Below, piece after piece: positions 10,566 to 19,590 of a stretch of 64,000 bases of DNA. The DNA comes from Lachnospiraceae bacterium (lineage in GTDB: Bacteria > Bacillota > Clostridia > Lachnospirales > Lachnospiraceae): the NCBI GenBank assembly GCA_018056425.1, contig JAGPFR010000007.1, positions 2,907 to 66,906 of the forward strand. The letters are read 5' to 3'. The position numbers were made by a program, and so were the translations under genes. Within the stretch, counting starts at the first letter, position 1. Each line of letters starts with the position of its first letter. The notes under the pieces are model-generated. The model was not told the origin of the DNA. It saw only the letters and a list, made by a program, of their open reading frames with translations, and ran no database searches.

Positions 10566-12067
10566 AGAGGATAATTGTCGGAAAGAGAAGCAAGCGGTAC
10601 GTCATGGCCCATTGATACGGTAGGCTCCGCACCGTTTTTGGCAGCTTCAAGTATGTATGACTTAACCTCCTCGTAGCTGTATCCGAATACCTTGTAGAGT
10701 CTGTCCCTTTCAGGCTGCGTATGAACGGGAACCTGATGATTGGGAATGGTCAGATCCTTAAGTCTGATCAGATGTGCATCGAGCCACTCACCGTAAGGAT
10801 TGGAAGATGCATAGTATTCCTTGCACTCTTCATCGGAAATGATCCTCTTCTTACGGGTATCGACAAGGAGCATTCTTCCGGGAGTGAGTCTTGATTTCCT
10901 GACGATATGCTCGGGCTCGATATCAAGAACACCCACTTCGGATGAAAGGATAAGTCTGTTGTCATCCGTTACATAGTATCGTGAGGGACGAAGTCCGTTA
11001 CGGTCGAGTGTAGCACCGAAGAGCTCCCCGTCTGTAAAAAGGATCGCTGCGGGGCCGTCCCAGGGCTCCATCATAGTTGCATAGTAGTGATAAAAATCCT
11101 TCTTGGATTCACTCATGAATCTGTTATGCTTCCAGGGCTCGGGGATCAGTGTCATCATCGCAAGAGGAAGATCCATTCCGTTCATGTAGAGGAATTCAAG
11201 AGTATTGTCGAGCATTGCAGAGTCGGATCCGCTTGCAGAGATAACAGGATAGATCTTGCTCTTTTCGGATTCCAGAAGTGCAGAGTGCATGGTCTCTTCA
11301 CGGGCAAGCATTCTGTCTGAGTTGCCTCTGATGGTATTGATCTCACCATTATGAGCGATGAATCTGTAAGGATGAGCCCTCTCCCAGCTCGGAAGAGTGT
11401 TGGTGGAAAATCTTGAATGAACAAGAGCAACGGCAGTCGTATATTCAGTGCTCTGAAGATCGTCATAGAAACGTCTGAGCTGCGAAACAAGGAACATTCC
11501 CTTATAGACTATGGTCCTGGATGAAAGCGAACAGATATATGTATCATCGGAAGACTGCTCGAACTCCCTTCTGATGACATAAAGCTTTCTGTCAAAATCT
11601 ATACCCTTCTGAACTCCCTCAGGTCTTGCGACGACGCACTGCCAGATGGAAGGCATGCATTCAAGTGCTCTCTCACCGAGGATCTTGGGATTTGTGGGAA
11701 CCTCTCTCCATCCCTTCACCTCAACGCCCTCTTTGCCTGCAATGACTTCAAAGAGTCTCTTGGCGAAAGTACGCTTTAAATCATCCTCTGGAAGGAAGAA
11801 CATACCGATCCCGTAATCTCCCGCATGACCGGCTTTAATACCCGCCTTCTTAAGCGCTTGCGCAAAAAAAGAATGAGATATCTGAAGCATGATACCTACG
11901 CCGTCTCCGACCTTGCCGCTCGCATCTTTACCTGCTCTGTGCTCAAGCTTTTCAACGATGGTAAGAGCATCATCAAGAACAGAATATTCGGGTACGCCGT
12001 CAATCTTAACTACTGCGCCGATTCCGCACGCATCATGTTCTCTGTCATATGAAAGATTATTGTCCAT
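10566..12067 (-). pseudogene. gltB: Glutamate synthase large subunit, N-terminal amidotransferase fragment (~500 aa), frameshifted at a deletion junction
   Basis: HDACGIG, HSRFSTNTLPSWERAHP, HNGEINT, EPWDGPA, LDRNGLRP; homology ends at SMGHDVPLASLSDNYPL; central and FMN domains absent. Confidence 0.93.
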
Positions 12068-12138
12068 GTCTTCTTCCTTTCACCAATTGCTTTACTTAAC
12101 CATATCGGGCCGGGCCCGTTCTGCATTTCAATCTCCGG

Positions 12139-12195
12139 AAAAAAAGAAAAAGACGCCTCTAATGTCATTAAAACATTAGAGACGCCTTTGCCTCT
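12139..12195 (-). promoter_or_regulatory. Leader attenuator of the gltB operon: intrinsic terminator overlapped by an ANTAR-like hexaloop hairpin
   Basis: 13-bp stem GGCGUCUCUAAUG/CAUUAGAGGCGUC followed by UUUUUCUUUUU; competing hairpin AGAGGC-AAAGGC-GUCUCU uses the 5' arm of the terminator. Confidence 0.6.
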
Positions 12196-12203
12196 TTCTC
12201 AAT

Positions 12204-12232
12204 AAAATAGACTTTTAAAACTGTTTTGTCAA
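12204..12232 (-). promoter_or_regulatory. Promoter of the gltB operon
   Basis: TTGACA-17 bp-TATTTT. Confidence 0.6.
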
Positions 12233-12294
12233 CAAAATACTTTATCGCTTTACCGCGATGTATTGTGCACAGTGTAAAATCCGATTGATGTTTC

Positions 12295-12861
12295 TTACAC
12301 CTCGAGGTAGTTTCTGAGCATTTTTCTGCCCTCCGGAGTAAGGATGGATTCAGGATGGAACTGAACTCCGTATACCTTAAATTCTTTATGCTCAACAGCC
12401 ATTACTTCTCCGTCATCCGTCTTTGCAGTTACTTTAAGGCAGTCCGGCATTGTGTTTTCATCAGCAGCAAGGGAATGATACCTTGCAACTTCCGTTGTCT
12501 TTCCAAACCCTTTAAACAGAGCGGATTCATTATCGAGAGTTACTATGGAACTCTTTCCGTGCATAAGTGTCTTGGCATAGGTTACCACAGCACCGAATGC
12601 TGCACAGATCGACTGGTGTCCGAGACAAACTCCGAGAATGGGAATCTCACCGGAAAGCTCTTTGACAACATCGATGCATACTCCGGCATCCTCGGGTCTT
12701 CCCGGACCGGGACTTAAGATAATGTGAGAAGGCTTCATCTGCCTGATCTCGCTGACCGTATAGGCATCATTTCTTATGACACGAATGTCGGGATTGATCT
12801 CACCTACAAGCTGGAACAGATTATATGAAAAGCTGTCATAATTATCTATAAGAAGAATCAT
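12295..12861 (-). CDS. trpG: Anthranilate synthase component II (glutamine amidotransferase)
   Basis: IDNYDSF, ILSPGPGRP, GVCLGHQ, RYHSL, QFHPES; follows trpE. Confidence 0.95.
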   Translation of the reverse strand: MILLIDNYDSFSYNLFQLVGEINPDIRVIRNDAYTVSEIRQMKPSHIILSPGPGRPEDAGVCIDVVKELSGEIPILGVCLGHQSICAAFGAVVTYAKTLMHGKSSIVTLDNESALFKGFGKTTEVARYHSLAADENTMPDCLKVTAKTDDGEVMAVEHKEFKVYGVQFHPESILTPEGRKMLRNYLEV

Positions 12862-12862
12862 C

Positions 12863-14311
12863 TTACACCTCCGAAGCCTGTGTGATGGCCTTAATAACCG
12901 CAGCTGCTTTGTTGATGCACTCGGTAAACTCGGACTCCGGTACGGAATCTGCCACGATCCCCGCTCCGCTTCTTACGAAGACCTTACCCTTCTTTTTATA
13001 TGCAAGTCTTATAGAGATGCAGGTATCAAGATTTCCGGTAAAGTCGATGTATCCTATGGCGCCGCCATATATGCCTCTCTTATTACCTTCAAGTTCATCG
13101 ATAAGTTCGCATGCCCTGATCTTGGGAGCACCGGAAAGCGTACCTGCGGGAAGGACCGCACCGATCGCTGACATTGCATCCTCGCCTTCTCTTATCTCAC
13201 CTCTTACCGTGGATCCGATATGCATTACATGTGAGAAGAACTGGACTTCACGAAGCTTTTCAACTTCGACGGTTCCGAATTTAGAGATCCTTCCGATATC
13301 GTTTCTTCCGAGATCCACGAGCATGTTGTGCTCAGCAAGCTCCTTGGGATCTGCGAGGAGATCTTCGACAAGCGCTTTATCCTCCTCTTCATCCTTACCG
13401 CGCTTTCTCGTACCTGCAAGAGGGAATGTATGAAGCACACCGTCCTGAAGCTTTACAAGTGTCTCGGGTGAAGCACCCGCAAGCTCAAGATCATTGGAGC
13501 TGAAGTAGAACATATAGGGTGAAGGATTGATCGTTCTGAGCATCCTGTATGTATTAAGAAGAGATCCTTCAAAAGGAGCACTGAGCTTATTGGATAGAAC
13601 GATCTGGAATATATCCCCCTCAACAATGTGATGCTTTGCTTTTTCGACCATTTCGCAATATGCATCTTTATCGAATACGGGTGTGAATTCTCCCATTGCT
13701 CTGCCCGATGTATTTTTACACATCTCACCGTTTTCGATAAGATCTTTTAACTTAGCAAGTTCTTCCTGCGCCCTTTTATACTCTGCTTCGATATCATTTA
13801 AGTGAATATTTACGATGATGATGATCTTCTGTTTGAGATGATCGAATGCGATAACCTTATCAAAGAGCATCAGATCGATATCGTTGAACTGTTCTTCATC
13901 TTCTTCTGTAAGATGGAGGGATTTTTCGGCATACTTGATGTAATCGTATGCAAAATATCCTACAAGTCCGCCGGTAAAAGGAGGAAGTGAAGAAACCTTT
14001 GGACTTCTGTAACGTGAAAGAAGTTCCCTGATATGCTTTTCGGGACAATCCGTTTCAAAACAGTCATCACCGATCTTCATCCTGCCGTTAAGACATGTGA
14101 TCTCAAGCTTGGGATCAAAACCAAGGAATGTATATCTGCCCCAGTTGTCATTGTCCTTCGCAGATTCCAGAAGATAGCAGTGATCAGATACATTCTTAAG
14201 TATTCTGAGAACCTGTATCGGCGTTCTCATATCGGAAAGCATCTCGCAGCTTACCGGAGCGATGTCATATTTTCCCTGATCGTTAAGAACTTTTAATTCT
14301 TCAATAGTCAT
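12863..14311 (-). CDS. trpE: Anthranilate synthase component I
   Basis: LLES, GDIFQIVLS, NPSPY, KELAEHNMLVDLGRND, PAGTLSGAPK; start at ATG 14311 behind GGAGG; Trp T-box upstream. Confidence 0.95.
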   Translation of the reverse strand: MTIEELKVLNDQGKYDIAPVSCEMLSDMRTPIQVLRILKNVSDHCYLLESAKDNDNWGRYTFLGFDPKLEITCLNGRMKIGDDCFETDCPEKHIRELLSRYRSPKVSSLPPFTGGLVGYFAYDYIKYAEKSLHLTEEDEEQFNDIDLMLFDKVIAFDHLKQKIIIIVNIHLNDIEAEYKRAQEELAKLKDLIENGEMCKNTSGRAMGEFTPVFDKDAYCEMVEKAKHHIVEGDIFQIVLSNKLSAPFEGSLLNTYRMLRTINPSPYMFYFSSNDLELAGASPETLVKLQDGVLHTFPLAGTRKRGKDEEEDKALVEDLLADPKELAEHNMLVDLGRNDIGRISKFGTVEVEKLREVQFFSHVMHIGSTVRGEIREGEDAMSAIGAVLPAGTLSGAPKIRACELIDELEGNKRGIYGGAIGYIDFTGNLDTCISIRLAYKKKGKVFVRSGAGIVADSVPESEFTECINKAAAVIKAITQASEV

Positions 14312-14326
14312 ATGCTTTCCTCCAAA

Positions 14327-14580
14327 CAAAAAATCCCTGACAGTACGGTTATACTGTCAGGGACGAATCAGTTAATTCGCGGTGCCACCCTGCTTCATGG
14401 TTTGACCCATGCTCTCGCGGGATACCTTCATATCCCCGGCAACTAACGTATGCCTTACGTCATGGTATTTCCTCCATGCCCTCCGAAGTCCATTCACAAA
14501 AGCCTTTACTGTCCGGATCCCACCACCCCGGGCTCTCTCTGAGCAAGCATCCTTTGCTACTCCTCTTCGTCATCGGTTTC
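14327..14580 (-). ncRNA. T-box riboswitch with Trp (UGG) specifier
   Basis: Stem I with AGAGAG and GGUGG loop elements, specifier GAA-UGG at 14495-14490, T-box GGGUGGCACCGCG at 14390-14378, 12-bp terminator stem at 14334-14363 with U-tract. Confidence 0.93.
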
Positions 14581-14639
14581 TATGTGATTTTATTCAGAAT
14601 AATACATGTCGAAACTCTTTGCAATCTTTTTGGGAAAAA

Positions 14640-15668
14640 TTATAAGAGTTTGAGGAGTTTATCACGGATTCCGTCAAGTTCCGGAGCGATAAGTCCAAAG
14701 TTCATCTCCTTATATGACCATGCGGCTCTTCCGATACTGAATTTATTAAATGATTCGCTGATCATTTCATACCACTTAAGAGCATCCTCTGCGGTTGCAC
14801 ACTCGATAACTCCGTATTCGCCGCAGTACAGGGGAACATTCCTCTCCTCGGCAAGCGCAACGGCCTCTGCAAAACACTTGTCGAAATACTTTGAACTGAA
14901 CTTTTCGCTCTGATCAAAGAGCTTAAGATCTCCGCCTATTCCGTTTGTCTGCTCCTCGGAAGCCTTAGCCATTTCGCCATAGGTTGAATCTACAGATATT
15001 CTGAAATCAAGATCCATATTATCGACCCAGCCCGCTCCCTGATGAGTAAAGATCAAGGGATCATAGCAATGGAAATTGTAAACGATATTCTCATCGTAAG
15101 GAGCATCAAGGTCCTTAAGCGCAACGATGCTGTTGTTGTAATATCCGCCGACAAGGATCTTAACATCGGGAAGGATTGCACGGATCCTTCTTATACATTC
15201 CCCGGCAATCCTGTTCCAGGTTTCGCAGTATTCCTTGCTTGTAACTTCGTTAAGAAGCTCAAATGCAAGAGCATCACCATATCCTCCGAACTCGGAAGCC
15301 AGCTTCTCCCACAGCTTATAGAATCTTTCCTGATACTTCTCATTATCGAAAAAGCTGCTCTCGCCGTATCCCTTATCAAAAGAATACCCGAAGGTCTTAT
15401 GAAGATCGAGAACCGTGTTCAGGTTATATTTTCCTGCCCACTCGAGAGCCTTTCCGATACGGTCAAAACCGTCCTGTCTGTATCCGCCGTCATCATCCTC
15501 AACCAGTTCGTAATCGATCGGAAGTCTTACATGATCGAGCCCCCAGGATGCGATGGTCTTATAATCTTCTTCCTTAATAAAGTTGTCATAACGCTCAGCA
15601 GTATGATCACACTGGGAAAACCAGCCTCCCAGATCAACCCCGTGAACATATCCCTTGAATTCTCTCAT
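14640..15668 (-). CDS. GH5 glycoside hydrolase (CelC-like), no signal peptide
   Basis: GVDLGGWFSQ, DHVRLPIDY, LDLH, AFELLNE (acid/base), LYCGEYG (nucleophile). Confidence 0.9.
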   Translation of the reverse strand: MREFKGYVHGVDLGGWFSQCDHTAERYDNFIKEEDYKTIASWGLDHVRLPIDYELVEDDDGGYRQDGFDRIGKALEWAGKYNLNTVLDLHKTFGYSFDKGYGESSFFDNEKYQERFYKLWEKLASEFGGYGDALAFELLNEVTSKEYCETWNRIAGECIRRIRAILPDVKILVGGYYNNSIVALKDLDAPYDENIVYNFHCYDPLIFTHQGAGWVDNMDLDFRISVDSTYGEMAKASEEQTNGIGGDLKLFDQSEKFSSKYFDKCFAEAVALAEERNVPLYCGEYGVIECATAEDALKWYEMISESFNKFSIGRAAWSYKEMNFGLIAPELDGIRDKLLKLL

Positions 15669-15863
15669 ACGATTTTCCTTTTTTGTCAAAAACAGTTCAG
15701 TCTACCGCATAATTATATCAAAGAGCCCCTGAGTACTGCCAATAAAAAAAGATAAAAAAATCCGTCAAAAAAATGCTTTCTTTAACGCGCGTTATAATGT
15801 AATATATTGTTAATGCTGGTAATTACCAGCTTTGTCATTGACCTGTTTTCTAAGGATAGAATT

Positions 15864-17597
15864 ATGTCTTTTTCAGAACGATTGGATTCATACTTGAAGG
15901 AACTTGGCGTTTCAGCCAAAGAGTTGTCACTCGAAAGCGGCGTTTCACAGGTCGTAATAAGCCGCTACCGTACCGGTCAAAGAATACCCTCTCTTGATAA
16001 CAGAGGAGTATTGGAGGAGCTGGCATACGGCATTGAAGCTCTGTCACACAAAAATGACAGAGAACCCATTAATGCAACCGATGTTCTTGAGGCATTCGAT
16101 TCCGACCTCTCTTTATTGAATGTTCCTTTCAATTATGAGAATTTTAACTTTCTTATAAGAGAGCTCTCTCTTAATACTTCCGAAATGTCCAGGGTAATGA
16201 ACTATGACCCTTCATACATTTCCAGAATCCGAACAGGAAAGCGTCGTCCTCCCGATCCGGAAGAATTCGTCAGCACACTTTGCAAGTTCATATATCCTTC
16301 CCTCGGAAAGAACGTATCTGTTACGGCTTTCAGAGATCTTTTGAATGTACCTGCATCGGAGAAATTCGATTCGTACGATTCATTCTGTACTCTTTTGAAA
16401 GCATATATCCTCAATAACGATAATGTATCGGAAGACAAGAATGTATCCGTCTTTCTTAAATACATGGATGAATTCGATCTTAACGATTATATAAGATCGG
16501 TTCATTTTGATGAGATAAAGCTTCCCAATGTACCGTTCTCTATCCCCAAGACTAAGGTCTATTTCGGGGTCGAAGGACACAAAGCCGCAGAGCTGGATAT
16601 ACTGAAGCTGATCATTTCGTCCAAATCCAATGAACCGGCATTCTTATTCTCGGATTTCGAATTATCCGATCTGATCAATGATCCCGAATTCAACAAGAAG
16701 TTCATGACCGGTCTTGCGATGATCCTTAAAAAGGGCATAAAGATCCAGTATATTCTTAATCTGGATTCCACCCCCAACGAGATCCTCTTCGCACTGGAAA
16801 CGCTTCTTCCTCTTTATATGACCGGACAGGTTGAAGTATACTATCTTCCCGAAAGACATAATGATATTTTCAAGCATCTCATAAGAGTAGCGGGCGGTGT
16901 TGCCATGATCGGAACAGGCATTTCCGGTGACCGGAAGGGATACTGTTTCCGCACAACAACATCCAAAACCTTTGTAAGCGGTGTGCGGCAAACGGCAAAT
17001 GCACTCCTTGCCAACGCATCTCCCCTTATGGAGATGTATACCGATTACAACCAGCCTGAATTCATTGAATTTCTCAAGATCAACACATATCAGAAAAAAC
17101 CCAGATACAACAAGCTGTCAAGCCTTCCCATGTGTACCATTCCCGAAAAAACTCTCAGGAATGTACTCAAGAGAAATAATGTTTCCGAGGATATCATTTC
17201 CAAGGAGATCGAATATTTAAGAGCTCTCAAAACCATGATGGAAGTCTGGTTAAGAGATATCGAGGTTGTCGATGAAGTTCCCATCATCTCCAAAAAAGAG
17301 TTTGAGAAGGCTCCTTTATTCATGCAGCTTCCCGGTGGGCCTCTTCCTTTCGACCTGCCCTATACATATGAAGAGTATTCGGAACAGCTTGAAGTATCCA
17401 GAGAATACGCTAAGAAAAATAAGAACTACAAACTTGTAGAAAATCCCAACAGCACTTTCAGGAATATCAACATCATAATCTACAGAGGTGAATTTATCTG
17501 GATCTCTAAAATGAGAGCTCCCTCAATCCAGCTGATCATAAGGAACGCCGAACTGAGGGAAGTTTTTGAGAAAATGTATTTTAATGTTGAAGAATAA
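15864..17597 (+). CDS. XRE-type transcriptional regulator with two HTH domains and a large C-terminal domain
   Basis: ELSLESGVSQVVISRYRTGQR and MSRVMNYDPSYISRIRTGKR; likely start ATG 15864 after TAAGGA; only plus-strand gene, divergent from the GH5. Confidence 0.85.
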   Translation: MSFSERLDSYLKELGVSAKELSLESGVSQVVISRYRTGQRIPSLDNRGVLEELAYGIEALSHKNDREPINATDVLEAFDSDLSLLNVPFNYENFNFLIRELSLNTSEMSRVMNYDPSYISRIRTGKRRPPDPEEFVSTLCKFIYPSLGKNVSVTAFRDLLNVPASEKFDSYDSFCTLLKAYILNNDNVSEDKNVSVFLKYMDEFDLNDYIRSVHFDEIKLPNVPFSIPKTKVYFGVEGHKAAELDILKLIISSKSNEPAFLFSDFELSDLINDPEFNKKFMTGLAMILKKGIKIQYILNLDSTPNEILFALETLLPLYMTGQVEVYYLPERHNDIFKHLIRVAGGVAMIGTGISGDRKGYCFRTTTSKTFVSGVRQTANALLANASPLMEMYTDYNQPEFIEFLKINTYQKKPRYNKLSSLPMCTIPEKTLRNVLKRNNVSEDIISKEIEYLRALKTMMEVWLRDIEVVDEVPIISKKEFEKAPLFMQLPGGPLPFDLPYTYEEYSEQLEVSREYAKKNKNYKLVENPNSTFRNINIIIYRGEFIWISKMRAPSIQLIIRNAELREVFEKMYFNVEE

Positions 17598-18484
17598 TTA
17601 CAGTATTTCCGAGAACTGTTCTCTCTTCGGAAACACTCCGTATTGTCCGCCGGTGTGGATGAAAAGTATGTTTTCGGATTCTTTGAAGTATCCCTTTTTT
17701 ATCTCATTATACATACCGTAAAATGCCTTTCCCGTATAAACGGGATCGAGCAGGATACCCTCTTTGGAGGCGACTTCGGATATAAAACGAAGCTCGCCTT
17801 CTTTTGATATTGCATATCCCAGGCCTTTATAGCCGTCTATAAATTCAAAACTGATATCAGCCGGATCCTTTTCACCGAGTATAGAATAAACCTCCTTAGT
17901 GATCCTGCCGCACACCATACTGTGTCAAACCTGACTCCGATCTGTTTTTCCTGAAGAGATATTTCATGCATCGCTTCAATGTATCCGAAACTTCCGAGCC
18001 CGTCCGATGCACCAACCGGGATCACAAAGGGTTTAAGTCCCTTCGCGGTATAGTCAGCTGCTATTTCCTCCATCTTCTGAGACAGAGTGCATTTCTCCTT
18101 TTTCTCATTCAGAAGAGTTATCCTTGCTCCAAGGATCTTATCCACGAGGTAATTACCTTCAACCTCGGGTGTCTGCGATATGCTCAGTACAAGGTGTGAC
18201 AAAAGCCCGAGCCTCGCAGCGACTGCTGCGGTAGCCCGGGCATGATTGGACTGTATTCCGCCGCATGTTATCAGAACATCTGCTTTATCCGCAATCGCTT
18301 TAGAAACTACGTATTCAAGCTTCCTTATCTTGTTTCCGGAAGTCTCAACTCCCGTCATATCATCTCTTTTGATCCATATCTTCTTACCGAGGTCGTCTGA
18401 GATACGTGTTAACTCAAAGACCGGAGTCGGAAGAGCCGCCAGAGATATTTTCTTAATAGCTTCAGTCTTGTCGATAAGGTTCAT
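17598..18484 (-). pseudogene. dcyD: D-cysteine desulfhydrase / ACC deaminase-family PLP enzyme with an internal frameshifting deletion
   Basis: LPTPV, IKRDD, SGNKIRKLEY, GGIQSNHARATA in one frame; EGILLDPVYTGKA and FIHTGG in another; the GSGGT segment is cut after GS at ~17900. Confidence 0.85.
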
Positions 18485-18518
18485 TGTTCCGGTAATATCG
18501 GCTTTATTATCCTTTTGA

Positions 18519-19451
18519 TCAGTTAGCGAAAAGATCGGTTGAGTAATATCTGTCTCCGCTGTCGGGAAGCAGTACGACAATGGTCTTGCCTTCAAATTCA
18601 GGACGCTGAGCTACCTGAATTCCTGCCTTAAGTGCAGCGCCGGAGGAAATACCAACCTGGAATCCCTCTTCTCTGGACACTTCCTTTCCGCCTTCAAATG
18701 CTACTTCATTCTCAATGGTGATGATCTCATCATAGATCTTGGTATCAAGAGTATTGGGAACAAATCCTGCACCTATACCCTGGATCTTGTGAGCTCCTGC
18801 CTTGCCCTCAGAAAGTACGGGAGAAGTAGCAGGCTCAACTGCGATGACCTTGACATCGGATTTCTTTTCCTTAAGGAACTTACCTACACCTGAGATGGTT
18901 CCGCCGGTTCCTACACCTGCGATAAATGCATCAACCTCTCCGTCGGTATCGTTCCAGATCTCGGGACCGGTGTACTTGTAGTGTGCTGCAGGGTTAGCGG
19001 GATTCTCGAACTGAGCGGGGATGAAGCTGTTTTCGATCTGCTCATGAAGCTCATTAGCCTTAGCGATAGCTCCCTTCATTCCCTTTGCTCCCTCGGTAAG
19101 AACAAGTTCTGCACCGTATGCCTTGATGATATTTCTGCGCTCAACGCTCATGGTTTCGGGAAGAACGATGATGAGCTTATATCCCTTTGCGGCTGCAATG
19201 GCAGCAAGTCCGATACCGGTGTTTCCTGAAGTAGGCTCAATGATGGTTGCGCCGGGCTTCAAACTTCCGTCAGCCTCTGCTGCTTCGATCATTTCCTTAG
19301 CGATTCTGTCCTTAACGGATCCCGCGGGATTAAAGTATTCAACCTTTGCAAGAAGTCTTGCCTTGAGGTTATATTTCTTTTCGATATGAGTAAGCTCCAA
19401 AAGGGGAGTATTTCCGATCAGATCAATTGCACTTTTATAAATTTTAGCCAT
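18519..19451 (-). CDS. cysK: Cysteine synthase A
   Basis: NPAGSVKDRIA, EPTSGNTGIG, GVGTGGT, HKIQGIG. Confidence 0.97.
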   Translation of the reverse strand: MAKIYKSAIDLIGNTPLLELTHIEKKYNLKARLLAKVEYFNPAGSVKDRIAKEMIEAAEADGSLKPGATIIEPTSGNTGIGLAAIAAAKGYKLIIVLPETMSVERRNIIKAYGAELVLTEGAKGMKGAIAKANELHEQIENSFIPAQFENPANPAAHYKYTGPEIWNDTDGEVDAFIAGVGTGGTISGVGKFLKEKKSDVKVIAVEPATSPVLSEGKAGAHKIQGIGAGFVPNTLDTKIYDEIITIENEVAFEGGKEVSREEGFQVGISSGAALKAGIQVAQRPEFEGKTIVVLLPDSGDRYYSTDLFAN

Positions 19452-19590
19452 AATTATCTCCTTACCGGATCATGCGATCCTTAAAATTTCTTAATGTAGT
19501 ATTTTGCGAGGTCGAAGCTTTTCTTTATCTATTAATTATTTGTACTACATCGAAATCCGCTTGTAAACATACTCTTCATCCTCCCAAATC

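Noticed and set aside
12168-12395. 75-aa minus-strand ORF after trpG
   Set aside because: Overlaps trpG in another frame and runs through the gltB promoter and attenuator; not trpD-like.
17837-18595. 252-aa ORF with a start inside cysK
   Set aside because: The first 37 codons overlap cysK and the tail is out-of-frame sequence; it is the N-terminal part of the dcyD pseudogene.
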